A program made the position numbers and the translations under genes. Shown here piece after piece: positions 15,134 through 27,099 of a stretch of 64,000 nucleotides of DNA. Origin of the DNA: the human T2T-CHM13v2.0 reference genome, Homo sapiens. Position 1 is the stretch's first letter. Every line of letters begins with the position of its first letter. The stretch is taken from assembly GCF_009914755.1 (NCBI RefSeq), contig NC_060939.1. The stretch is one strand, 5' to 3'. The notes below the pieces were generated by a model. It worked only from the letters and a program-made list of their open reading frames with translations. It ran no database searches and was not told the DNA's origin.

Positions 15134-16973
15134 TCAAGGTAACATTGCAAACGTGTTAGACTATGGCATAAAGGCAACCACAGGTACATATCACAAGGCC
15201 TTCTGTCTCCTGTGTCCGTGACTACTTCTACTGAGCCATTCTCCATCTTTCCTCTTAGGCAGACACTATCCCCCATTCACTCCTCTTAGGCCTGTTGCTT
15301 TATTCAGCAGTAATTTCACTCTTTCTTAATCTCAGCCCACACTTACCTACCCAAGCCCATAATTCCTGACCATCAACCCCAACGAAGTGCTTTCCTCAAA
15401 AAAAAAAAAATAAGGCTCCTTTTTTCTCTTTAACAGAATGTTTGCACAGTTGGGAGCAGCAAACTCATGTTGCCTCCAGCTTAAAAATAGCCACCTCCCT
15501 CAACAAGTGTAAACCACCTAGCACACTGCTTGGTACAGAGTAGATGATGGCTGTATGTATGAGGGCTGTTAACGTCGTGACTGCTGTCACTGTTCCTAAT
15601 AGCGGGAATGCATGTCCCTTAGGATTCTCAGTTATCCCACTATATGTCCTTAGACGAGGAACTTACTCAGTTCTTCTTGACTCTGGAATTAGCTTGTGGC
15701 CGTTAATTAAAAGCAGGCCTCTTTCTATCCCTGTATCATTGAGAATCACAGGGAATGATAGCGTCCAATAATAAAAACGTCTTCTGCTCAATACCTAAAG
15801 TCATATACTCCGTAATTCCTACTGAGGGTCAAGGAAGTATGGTGGGGGAGTCGTAGGGGGAAGAGAGTGATGGATTAGAGTGCAGGGAGGTCACCTCGTG
15901 GGACCATATCCTGGCAATTGAATGAGGAAGGGGTTTAGCACCCCTTGCACCTCCAAAGTCCCATTTCCCTCTTTTGTCGAAGCTCGCTGAAGCCAGCCAA
16001 GTGCAGACTGCTGATGCTATTGCTTGATTTTAAGGCCTCATTGTCCTTGCCTTATAGTTTCCAGTTGCACGAGTTTAAGTGTCTCCCTTTGCCAATAACA
16101 TTTCCCCTGATGCTTATGTCCTTTTCCATCTGACTTGTATTGATCGTTTCCTCCCAGTCTCAAGTTGAAAAAGCCACAGTAGCTTGTGTCCCCATCCTGG
16201 CCAGCAGCCTCAATATCAGCCCTATCTAAGCCTTGCCAAGACAGATCCAGATTCAGCCTCCAACCAGGCTGTTCTGTGTGAAGATCTTTGACCTCACACC
16301 TGCCTGGTCACTGATCAAAAAATATCAGAGCTGGGAGGGGTAAGAAGAAGCATCTAATTCTATCTGCTCATTTAACAGGTGAGAGAAGAAAGATCAAGAA
16401 AGGTATAAGGGCTTGCCCAGTGCCATTCAGATAGCACAGAGCAAGGACTTGAACTTGGGGCTTTTTTTTATTCCTGATTCACATCAGAATAGTTTCTTCT
16501 ACTCTTTATTTCACTTTAGAAGCAAAGAACCATCCTTACTCTAGAATAATCCTATTTGAGGCTTCCCCAGTGCATACTGCCTTCTTGAGGTAATTTGGTT
16601 GTCTGTTCCAAAGGCCTCACATGTGTTTGGGGTCCTTAGGGTTTTGACCATACTGGTGGCAAGCCCAACATGCCACCAGTTCCAACCAAGGCCCCTTTTT
16701 GGCTAACACAACCGCCAGAGCCAAGGCACCTCTGTATGATGCCAGAGGCTTGTGGATGGTTGCTGTTTGTGAATGGCTGGGATGCTCTGCCTCACTTTGC
16801 ACCAAAGGCGTGTTTCTGAATAATTGTATCTATTCAACTGTTGCACATTTTACATACTTTGGATCCAAATTTCCTTTAAACAAGTTCACACTAAGGGGTA
16901 GCCCTGGTGGCACCCAGGGTGGAGGAGGCCTCCACAGTTAACATAGATGTTTTTTAATGAAATCACATTTTCT

Positions 16974-17282
<309 letters not shown>

Positions 17283-18149
17283 TCACATTTTCTTGTTGAC
17301 TTTGGTCATAATTCCCTTGAAGCACTAATACTGCTTCAATTCTAGTTAGCCTTTCATTGGTGGTGGGTTTTAACACTTTGTTGATAGTTTTCTATTACTC
17401 TCTTTTCCTAAAATAAGCAAGTTGTGATCTATCAGGGCACATTTAAATACCTGAGAAGGAACGTTGTTGAAGGGCAGACTGTTATTAGGGGGCTGCTAGT
17501 CAAACATAACACGGTGGCAAATCCCCAGGTAAGGCAGAGACTCATGGTGTAATAAAAATAATTGCCTTTTAATTGGCTTGTTTGATAACTGTGGGTTCTT
17601 TTTTTTCCATATCAGTCTTCCTTGCAACGCAGTGTAGAACACTGGGAACAATCCATAGAGGAAATTCAGTCATTGAGGTTTGACCCTCTGCCATTTATTT
17701 GCTTGTCATTTAGGGAAAACCATTTAACCTCTCTGTACCTCAGTATTCCAATCTGTAAAATGAGAGTGTCATGACAACAAAATGACCACACAGCTTCCCT
17801 CCCTCTTTTCTTCTTGTCTTGTCTTTTCTTTTTCAGGGTCAACTGGCCAGGCAAATGGTGCCAAAAGCAACCAGTTTGAGGACGGCTAGCCCCAACTGCT
17901 GCCCTGTCTCCTGTTAAGGCTTATTGGTGCCACTGTATGACCCATTGCTGGGCTTCAGGGCAATCACACCTCCCATAGCGTGTCTTTTTCTCCCTGTGAG
18001 AGGGTCCTATATCCCTGCTGTAACTAGCATCAGCCTCAAAGCACCTGCAGAACTCCCAAACATAAGAGGCAGCTTCAAGGTCCCCAGCCTTTGCACACAC
18101 TGTGCCCGCCACCTAGAGCACCTTCCCCTTTGTCCCTCCTGCAAACCCC

Positions 18150-18455
18150 TTTGATGATTTCAAGAAAATTCAACACAAGCACCATCTGTTCTATGAAGCC
18201 TACCCTGACCAGTGGTCTTTCGTGTCAGACTTGACTCCTTCCCCACCTAGGCCTTAGGAACAGGGTCCAGTCATTGGTTCTATAAACCTGTATTAAACTT
18301 TCCCGTCAACACATCTGTTTCTTTAATTAGTTAGTGAGATCCTTATGGAGAAGGACCTTGCATTATTCAACATGTATCTCCAGCATCTAACACAATGCCT
18401 GAAAGAGAGTAGATGTTCAGAAAATTTTGTTAAATAAATTAATGAATGAATAAAT
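18150..18455 (+). mobile_element. L2 LINE 3' fragment
   Basis: L2-like end (TGTATCTCCAGCATCTAACACAATGCCTGA...TTTGTTAAATAAATTAATGAATGAAT). Confidence 0.6.
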
Positions 18456-18582
18456 TAGTATTACACAGACATTAATGACTAGGAGGGTGTACTGAGTGGA
18501 ATAGCATCCCCTTAAAATTCATGTCCACCCAGAACCTATAAATGTTTCTTTATTTAGAAATAGAATCTTTACAGATGTAATT

Positions 18583-18750
18583 TTTTAAAATTTAATTTAA
18601 TTTAATTTTAAGCTCCAGGATACATGTGCAGGATGTGCAGGTTTGTTACATAAGTAAACGTGTGCCATGGTGGTTTGCTTCACCTATCAACCCATCACCT
18701 AGGTATTAAGCCCAGCATGCATTAGCTATTTATTCTGATGCTCTCCCTCC
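18583..18750 (-). mobile_element. Very short 5'-truncated L1PA (3' terminal ~170 nt)
   Basis: L1PA 3' end in reverse (GATACATGTGCAGGATGTGCAGGTTTGTTACAT...CCCATCACCTAGGTATTAAGCCCAGC); perfect 13-bp TSD TACAGATGTAATT at 18570-18582 and 18751-18763. Confidence 0.9.
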
Positions 18751-19052
18751 TACAGATGTAATTAAGTTAAAATGAAATCATACTGGATTGGGGCGAGCTC
18801 TAATCCAGTGACAGGAGTCCTTGTAAGAGAAGGCAAATCTGAACACAGACAGGGAGGAGAGCCACATGAGGGCAGAGGCTGAGATTGGAGTTATGTCATC
18901 ACAAGCTAAGAAGTGCCAATGGTTGCTGGCAGTCACCAGAAGCTAGGAGAGGCAAGGAAGGAGTCTGCACTAGAGCTTTTAGAGGGAGCGTGGCCCTGCC
19001 GACAACTTGATTTTGGAATTGTGGCTCCAAAACTATGAAAGAATAAATTCCT

Positions 19053-19364
19053 CTTTTTTTTTAATGTTTTGTTTTGTTTTGTTTAAATGGAGTCTATTCT
19101 GTAATCCAGGCTGGAATGCATTGGTGCAATCTCTGCTGACTGCAACCTCTGCCTCCTGGGTTCAAGCAATTCTCTTGCCTCAGCCTCCCAAGTAGCTGGG
19201 ATTACAGGCGCACGACACCACACCTGACTAATTTTTGTATTTTTAGTAGAGCCAGGGTTTCACCACATTGGTCAGGCTGGTCTTGAACTCCTGACCTCAA
19301 GTGATCTGCCCGCCTCAGCCTCCCAAAGTGCTGGGATTACAAGCATGAGCCACTGAGCCTGGCC
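19053..19364 (-). mobile_element. Alu (AluS-type) inside MLT1
   Basis: Antisense Alu; AATTCCT TSD at 19046-19052 and 19366-19372. Confidence 0.93.
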
Positions 19365-20089
19365 CAATTCCTGTTGTTTGTAGCTACCCAGTTCGTGATA
19401 ATATGTTACTCCAGCCGCAGGAAACTAACACATAGGGAAAGGGCATGTGGATGTGTGGAAAGAAATTCTCCTCCAATATAGTTCCCCCTGATTGGATGGA
19501 CTCCTGACCACATCTTTTCTCTGAGTTCCACTCTCACTCACTTCCTCTCATTTGCTTTTCCATTTTTCCTCTTCATTAATAACTCGCAACACCTTTCCAC
19601 ATTCCCCACACCATACATATCTTCCCAATCTCTCCTTAATACCCAGTCATTCAATAAAGACTTATACAGCCCAGATAGCTACTGGGCCCTTAACAATGGG
19701 TCACACAGACATGAATAAGATTGACCTTTCCTGGAGAGTTTCTAGTTTAGGAAGATTTTATTTCATGGATGTCTCCCAACATCCCCATAAAGTATTTATA
19801 TTTATGTTTATGTTTACATTTATAAATAGCCCCATTTTAAAGCTGAGAAACTTGAAACTTACATTAGTCCGTTTGATTTTCTCAGATCACAGGAGTAATA
19901 AAAAATAAAAAACAGAGCTGGTATTCAAACCCACGTCTATCTCACATCTAAAGGCCACTCTTTCCCTCTTTCCACTGCAGCACTCAACCTGGACTGTCCC
20001 ACCAGCCCAGCAGGGAAACGTCCAGGGAGAAGACGAGATGTTCAAGAATACCTCTCTGTTATTCAAAGTTCCTCCTTCTATGTTAAAGC

Positions 20090-20310
20090 TTAGGAGACAG
20101 CACAGACTTCAGGACGCATCTGCCTGGACCAAATTCTGGCATCCTTGTAGGTGATCTTGGACATCTAACTTAATCTTCTTGGACTTTTAATTCTCCCTTT
20201 GGACAGTAACTACCTCCTGTAGATATTGTGAGAATTCAATGAGTTATGACATGCAAAACTTGTATTATGGAATGTAGTAAGAACTCAATAAATGTTAGCT
20301 CTATTACTAT
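20090..20310 (+). mobile_element. MIR SINE
   Basis: GTGATCTTGGACA...TTGTGAGAATTCAATGAG...CTCAATAAATGTTAGCT. Confidence 0.6.
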
Positions 20311-20475
20311 GACTAGCTAGCTCTCTAATATCATCATTATTATTTTTCTCAACTTCCAATTCCAGTTCCTCTTCTCCACCCTCATGTTGCTCTAGCCAGT
20401 GCATTGTACACACCATCCTGAGAAAACCCAGCATTCTGAGTTCCAGTCCATCCAATGCCCAGCTCCAGGCAGTTA

Positions 20476-20559
20476 TATTATTCGGAACTATGTGATATCA
20501 CATATATAAAATTGTTTCTGACCTACAAAAATGGGACTTTCATATAGTTTGATCTAATA
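20476..20559. mobile_element. MADE2-like mariner MITE (~80 bp)
   Basis: TGACCTACAAAAATGG...TTTCATATAGTTTGATCTAATA matches the MADE2 pattern; imperfect inverted ends. Confidence 0.6.
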
Positions 20560-22138
20560 GACTCCAACTCCTTTTGTCCTTAAAATGGAAAGACATAAAC
20601 AAAGGTATCTTGCTAGCCTCATAGAAGAGAAAGTTTAAAGTGATTTTTTTAAAACTTTAAATCCAGCTGGAAAAAGCTATGGAAGTGTATGCCTTTTGTA
20701 GTTTCTCTGACAAGTAAGAAGCAGGAGCCCAGGAAATGGATTCCCTCTGGGAGGCAATAGGCCCCGGAGCCCACCTCTGTGATGTGAGGCAAGATGGGGA
20801 GTGACGAGTGAGCCCGCCTTCCACCTCTGTGTGCAGACAAAGAGTCTCTGATGGAATTTGGCCCTGAACACAATAGTGAGCACTTTGGCTTCTAAAGAAC
20901 AAGGAGGAGGATTCTTGAAAGATCGTGAGACAGAGAACAAGAGGAACTGTTCTCAGAACATCCAGACTGTCCTCTTCAGCTCCCTTAAAGAGAGCCTTCA
21001 GATTGACTTAGGGCAGGTGGGCAGGGCGGCTGTCTCAGGCTCCTAACTCACCTCCTTTGAAGCCTTGCTTAGATCTGCTCCTTCTTCCAGAAAGCCCCGC
21101 CTGCCTCCCTCCCCTGTGTTAACACCTCATTAGCACCCTGCCAGCAAGGAAATCTATTTAAACAGCTCTTGCTGACACAGCATGCCTCCCCTTCGCATGG
21201 AGGATTCTCTTTCAATCCCCTTCTGATGGTACAGTTGAGCATGGGCCCTGCCCAGCTCGGCTCCAAGATGCCTGCTCTCTGATCTCACTCTGCCCAAGCC
21301 CTGTCAGTGCCACTGTCTCTCATGCCTTCCAGCTCTTGTTGGGGGTAGGATCCTCCTAGGATCAGGCTGCATGTGATTCTAGCAATCTTAGTCTCCTTCT
21401 TGGATTTTTGTCTGTACACATAGATGCAGAAGGACCACCTTCTCAACATGCTACTAAAGGACTTCAGGGATGTCCATTCCATCAGCAAAACCCATTCTCC
21501 TCGATTTGGGTAACTATATTTCTAAGAGTTGCTGAAATACAGTACATATGGTAAATATGGTCACAGGAGCATTAGCAGCCATTGACTCTTTGCCTTTCTT
21601 TGGTCTGTTCATCCAAATGACTTCCATAAATGTGACTCTATTTTGGGTTTGCTCCAGTCTCAGTTTCTTTTGCTGTGGGAGGTATTAGGACAGTGGGGTT
21701 GGATGGGAATTGGCAACCATTGATCCGGACAGGGAATATCTGCAATGGTGACTCTCAGAAGCATGTGACTTTAAGAGAACAACCCTGTAATCTTAGAGTA
21801 GCTGAAAAGTATGAAGTATTTGTGCGTATACTGGAGGATGGCAAAAAAAGGTATACAACCAGTACTACTGGAGCTTGCTGAAATATTTCCAATCTTTGGT
21901 CCTGTGAGTCATCCCTCAGCAATGTTAGAGTTTAGACCATGTAGTAGACTTTTGGAGCCTGCATAGCCATGGTGCCTTCTAAGTGAAATGCCAGCACCCA
22001 CTCAAAGGTCAGGCTTAGGCAGCCATATTCTGTGGCACATGTCCCTTTTCCTTAACCCAGCTGACAGTACCAGAGTGAGCACCTAACCAGGGTGGTCCTT
22101 CCATAGACGTGTCATGAAAAGATAACATGAGACTATTA

Positions 22139-23396
22139 TTAGGTGAATGCAAAACTAATTACGGTTTTTACATTGTTGGACTTTGCCATTTGATATTGGA
22201 TACACCATATTAATGGGCATTTCTTGCTTTATGGTTTTTTGCTGACTTACTACCTACCATTTATTTTATGTATATTTTAGACTATGGAAATGATGTTAGA
22301 CAAAAAGCAAATTCAAGCGATTTTCTTATTAGAGTTCAAAATGGGTCGTTCAAAATCAAAGCAGCTGAGACAACTCACAACATCAGCAACGCATTTGGCT
22401 CAGGTACTGCTAACAAATGTACAGTGCAATAGTGGTTCAAGAAGTTTTGCAAAGGAGATGAGAGCCTTGAAGATGAGGAGCTAGTGGCCAGCCATCAGAA
22501 ATTGACAATGACCAATGGAGAGCAATCATCAAAGATGATGCTCTTACAACTACACAAGAAGTTTCCGAAGAACTCAAGTCAACCATTCTACAATTGTTCC
22601 ACATTTGAAGCAAATTGGACAAGTAAAAAGCTCAATAAGTGGATACCTCATGAGCTGAGTGAAAATTAAAAAAAAATTGTCATTTTGAAGTGTCATCTTC
22701 TCTTATTCTACACAACAATCAACCATTTCTTGATCAGATTGTGATGTGTGACAAAAAGCAGATTTTATAGATAACCAATGATGACCAGCTCAGTGGTTGG
22801 ACTGAGAAGATGCTCCAAAGCACTTCCCAAAGCCAAACTTGCATCAAAAAAAGGTCATGCTCCCTGTTTGGTGGCCCTGCTGCCTGTCTCATCCACCACA
22901 GCTTTTTGAATCCCAAAGAAACCATTACATCTGAGAAGTATGCTCAGCAAATTGACGAGATGCACCAAAAACTGCAATGCCTGCAGCTGGCATTGGACAA
23001 CAGACAGGGCCCAATTCTTCTCCCTGACAACGCCCAACCACAGGTTATTCAACCAATGCTTCAAAAGTTGAACGAATTGGACTACGACGTTTTGCCTCCT
23101 CTATCATATTCACCTGACCTCTCGCCAACCTAGTACCACTTCTTCAAGCATCTCGACAACTTTTTGCAGGGGAAATGCTTCCACAACCAGCAGGATGCAG
23201 AAAATGCTTTCCAACAGTTTTTCAAATCCCAAAGCACGAATTTTTACGCTACAGAAATAAACAAACTTATTTCTCATTGGCAAAAATGTGTTGATTGTAG
23301 TGGTTTCTATTTTGGTTAATAAAGATGTGTTTGAGCCTAGTTATAATGATTTAAAAATCATGATCCAAAACCGCAATTACTTTTGCACCAATCATT
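22139..23396 (+). mobile_element. Near full-length Hsmar1 mariner DNA transposon
   Basis: Left TIR TTAGGTGAATGCAAAACTAATTACGGTTTT, right TIR AAAACCGCAATTACTTTTGCACCAA; length about 1.26 kb. Confidence 0.93.
22284..23319 (+). pseudogene. Hsmar1 transposase pseudogene (SETMAR-type mariner domain)
   Basis: MEMMLDKKQIQAIFLLEFKMGR, KKLNKWIPHELSEN, ETITSEKYAQQIDEMHQKLQ, PILLPDNA, YSPDLSPT; several frameshifts and stops, and the third catalytic Asp position reads TAG. Confidence 0.92.
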
Positions 23397-23703
23397 TTCT
23401 TTGTCCAATTGAGACACACAGAAACATGGAGTGAACAGTGGCAAAAAGTATGAGTAAGTAAGCCATGGAAATACAGCTGGATACAGACAAGCTGTGTATA
23501 AGCCAAATTTATGAGCAACTGGAATGATGAGTACACAGGGGAGGTTGTGCAGAGAATGAAGCAGATGCCCAGAGAGGAGGAGAGGTACTATGAGAAGAGG
23601 AGAAGCGAGAAGGAGAGAAAGAAGGCAATGAGGGAAGGGACACCATGCAACAATCTTATGGGAGAGAAAGATGAAAGAAAAGAGCAAGAGTGAGACTGAA
23701 AGA

Positions 23704-23728
23704 CAGAGAGAGAGAGAGAGAGAGAGAG
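23704..23728. repeat. (GA)n microsatellite
   Basis: Direct reading. Confidence 0.9.
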
Positions 23729-23954
23729 AATGTAAAGCTGCTCCCAACAATGGCAACTCCTTAACTCCTTTAGTTCTCACTAATATGAGAAGTTTGACAG
23801 CAAGAGGGGCTTTGACAGCAAAGTCCCTTTTCCGAAGTTACCTGAACTTCTTCTGTCCTTGCCACCAGAAGACATCAGCTAAAGCAGACTGCTAGAAGAT
23901 GAACATGCCACTCCTCAATACAGATGTATAAATGGAAAATTACGGGAAGTATTC

Positions 23955-24301
23955 AGTCCTGTCACACAGCCCCTCCTTTGACACCCTAGGGGCCAGCGAT
24001 GTTTGAGGATGCAGACCTTTCCAGGCTTTAGGAAGGGCAAGCATCCTTATATATATTGCACATTCCACAGCACCCCCGTAGGGTCTAGGGCAGCACCCGT
24101 AATCAAACACATAAATATTCCTACAGTGCAATGTGTGAATATTCACACTAAACAGATAACCTCACATCAGATAAGGTCAAGTTTTGCAGCCAAATGCATT
24201 CAGCTCAGGTCAGGTTTTTCTGCCAATTAAGTTATAAGAAAAGTTTCCATTTTCTGAGCTCTTTGGATTTCAGAATTGTAGATAAGGTATTCTGGGCCTG
24301 T
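23955..24301. mobile_element. TcMar-Tigger-type MITE (Tigger12-like)
   Basis: End TTTGGATTTCAGAATTGTAGATAAGGTATTCTGGGCCTG resembles Tigger12-family termini; family assigned by eye. Confidence 0.45.
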
Positions 24302-25239
24302 TCTGTCTGCCAGGAAAGTATCAAACTCACTGTCTGTGGCCTTCTTTCAAACAAAAACAAGGAAGCTCTGTTGATGCCTTCTTGGGCAGTTGAAATGATG
24401 TCCACACAGGAAGCAGCCAGAGGGCCTTGGGGTGTGGCCAACACCCCTGCTGGCAGCACAGTTCCTGCTTGGAGAGCTCTGGGTTCTGACAACTGGCTGC
24501 CTATCCATGTGTACTCATTCACCTTGACCTTCCTGCAGAAGATTGATTCCTTTCACAAGACTCAAAAAATCTGCTCCTGATCCCCAAGAGGGAACTGGCC
24601 AGAGTTGTAGGTCCTGTGCCAAAGGACCTCATTAGCCCGGCCCACTGTGGGAACTTAAGCTCTCCTGGGGCTGCCTCAGCCTCCGTGGCCCCCACTGCAA
24701 TTGCTTTATTAGGTGTACTCACCTGCATGCATTTGCTAAGAGTGAAGGGCCTCATGGGGTAAAGAGCCCTTCCCCAGGGGCTCTGTCTTTCTGAACCTCT
24801 TTAGGGGAGAAGACTGACATCCACTTGGTTTGTTCTGATGGGGGAGGGGTGCTTCAGCCAGTGGGGTCTGTGGATTCACCTTAATTCACCACACCTTTAG
24901 TGAGCACTTCTATGTGCTCACTAAAGAGAGACCCTGGTCTAGACACTTTAGGGAGCCCACAGACAAATAAGAAATAAGACACAGCCACTGTCCCGAAGGG
25001 AGGGGAAGGGAAGTAATACAACTCCTTGTGGCATGCTGTTTGCATACATTCACACACATGGCACTCTTGGAGCTCTGGAGAGCTTGGTGGGTGAATCTGA
25101 CATCATAGGGGCTACTTGGGCAATGGAAGATCTCCCTTCCTTGAGACCAGATCTGTGGAGCTAGAAGCACAACCTCAAAACCAAGAGCCCCACCATGCAC
25201 AGGTAGAATTCTCCTATGGTTTTCTCTTTTTTAAAATGT

Positions 25240-25539
25240 CCCCATACCTCAGACCTGAAACCATGAAACTCTTAGAAGAAAACATACAGAAAATCTCCTT
25301 CACACGGGCCTTGGCAATGATTTGTTTTTTGGATGAGACAACCAAAAGCACAGGTAACAAAGCAAAACTAAACAAGTGGGACCACATCAAACTAAAATGC
25401 TTCTATACAGCAAAGGAAACAATCAACAGAGTGAAAAGGCAGCCAAAGAATGGGAGGGTATATTTGTGGGCCATGTATCTGATAAGAGGTTAATATCCAA
25501 AATATATAAGGAACTCACAGAACTCAATAGTAAACACAC
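25240..25539 (+). mobile_element. Old L1 (L1MA8-like), left part of the element split by the L1PA insertion
   Basis: ORF2 peptide LRPETMKLLEENI...KWDHIKLKCFYTAKETINRVKRQ; continues colinearly at about 34357. Confidence 0.85.
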
Positions 25540-25678
25540 GGGGGAGAAGACAAGATGGCCGAATAGGAACAGCTCCAGTCTACAGCTCCCAGCGTGAGCA
25601 ACGCAGAAGACGGGTGATTTCTGCATTTCCATCTAGGTACTGGGTTTATCTCACTAGGGAGTGCCAGACAGTGGGCGC
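25540..25678 (+). mobile_element. L1PA 5' end (first ~140 nt of 5'UTR, YY1 site CAAGATGGCCG at 25551-25561)
   Basis: GGGGAG...CAAGATGGCCGAATAGGAACAGCTCCAGTCTACAGCTCCCAGCGTGAGC is the canonical primate L1 5' terminus. Confidence 0.93.
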
Positions 25679-26131
25679 TGTCAGGCCTCTGAGCCCAAGC
25701 CAAGCCATCGCATCCCCTGTGACTTGCACATATACGCCCAGATGGCCTGAAGTAACTGAAGAATCACAAAGGAAGTGAATATGCCCTGCCCTACCTTAAC
25801 TGATGACGTTCCACCACAAAAGAAGTGTAAATGGCCAGTCCTTGCCTTAAGTGATGACATTACCTTGTGAAAGTCCTTTTCCTGGCTCATCCTGGCTCAA
25901 AAAGCACTCCCACTGAGCACCTTGCGACCCCCACTCCTGCCAGCCAGAGAACAAACCCCCTTTGACTGTAATTTTCCTTTACCTACCCAACTCCTATAAA
26001 ACGGCCCCACCCTTATCTCCCTTCGCTGACTCTCTTTTCGGACTCAGCCCGCCTGCACCCATGTGAAATAAACAGCCATGTTGCTCACACAAAGCCTGTT
26101 TGGTGGTCTCTTCACACAGACGCGCATGAAA
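25679..26131 (+). promoter_or_regulatory. 5' LTR7 (LTR7up-like) with TATA box (TATAAAA ~25996) and AATAAA (~26067)
   Basis: TGTCAGGCCTCTGAGCCCAAGC...CATGAAA; contains CCACAAAAGAAG SOX-like motif. Confidence 0.93.
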
Positions 26132-26133
26132 TT

Positions 26134-26151
26134 TGGTGCTGTGACTCGGAT
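26134..26151 (+). promoter_or_regulatory. Primer-binding site for tRNA-His
   Basis: TGGTGCTGTGACTCGGAT, complementary to the tRNA-His 3' end with one mismatch. Confidence 0.9.
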
Positions 26152-26274
26152 CGGGGGACCTCCCTTGGGAGATCAATCCCCTGTCCTCCTGTTCTTTGCT
26201 CCATGAGAAAGATCCACCTATGACCTCAGGTCCTCAGACCGACCAGCCCCAGGAACATCTCACCAATTTTAAAT

Positions 26275-26283
26275 CAGGTAAGC
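26275..26283 (+). promoter_or_regulatory. HERV-H leader splice donor CAG|GTAAGC
   Basis: Near-consensus 5' splice site about 150 nt downstream of the 5' LTR. Confidence 0.75.
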
Positions 26284-26799
26284 GGCCTCTTCTTACTCTC
26301 TTCTCCAACCTCTCTCACTGTCCCTCAACCACTTTCTCCTTTCCACTCTTCAATCTCTCCCTTCTCTTAATTTCAATTCCTTTCATTTTCTGGGAGAGAC
26401 AAAGGAGACACGTTTTATCCGTGGACCCAAAACTTCAGCACCGGTCAAGGACTGGGAAGGCAGACTTCTCTTGGTGTTTAATCATTGCAGGGACGCCTCT
26501 CTGATTATACACCCATGTTTCAAGGGTGTCAGACCACACAGGGATGCCTGCCTTGGTCCTTCACCCTTAGTGGCAAGTCCCGCTTTTCTGGGGAAGGGGC
26601 AAGTACCTCAACCCCTTCTCTCCTTGTCTCTACCCCTTCTCTGCTTTTCCGGCAACAGGGCAAGTACCTCAACCCCTTCTCTCCTTGTCTCTACCCCTTC
26701 TCTGCTTTTCTGGGAGAGGGACAAGTACCCCTCAACCCCTTCTCCCTCACTCTTAGTGGCAAGTCCTGCTTTTCTAGAGGAGGGGCAAGTACCCCAACC

Positions 26800-27015
26800 T
26801 CATATCTCTGCACCCCAATCCCTTATTTCCACACCCTGACCTCTTATCTCTGTGCCCCAATCCCTTATTTCCATGCCCCGACCCCTTATTTCCGTGCCCT
26901 GACCCCTTATTTCCATGCCCCGACCCCTTATTTCCATTCCCTGACCCCTTATTTCTGTGCCCCATCCCTTATTTCCATGCCCCGACCTCTTATCTCTGTG
27001 CCCCAACCCCTTTTC
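26800..27015 (+). repeat. ~21-bp tandem repeat (CCCTTATTTCCATGCCCCGAC)n, about 10 units, in the HERV-H pre-gag leader
   Basis: Direct reading; explains the repetitive GHGNKGS/MEIRG ORFs in the ORF track. Confidence 0.9.
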
Positions 27016-27099
27016 CCACTTTTCTGGAAGGTAAGAACCCCCGAACCCCTTCCCTCCATTTCTCTACTCTCTCTTTTCCCTAGGCTTGCTTCCTTCACT

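Larger units (their letters stand above)
18488..19432 (+). mobile_element. MLT1 (MaLR) solo LTR, interrupted by an L1 fragment and an Alu
   Basis: TG...CA ends, MLT1 motifs (AAAATTCATGTCCACCCAGAACC, CACCAGAAGCTAGGAGAGGCAAGGAAGGA, GGAAACTAACACA); near 5-bp TSD GAGGG/TAGGG. Confidence 0.85.

Noticed and set aside
26800-27015. CRISPR-like or RT-associated repeat array
   Set aside because: The units are contiguous without unique spacers and are a known HERV-H leader repeat in eukaryotic DNA.
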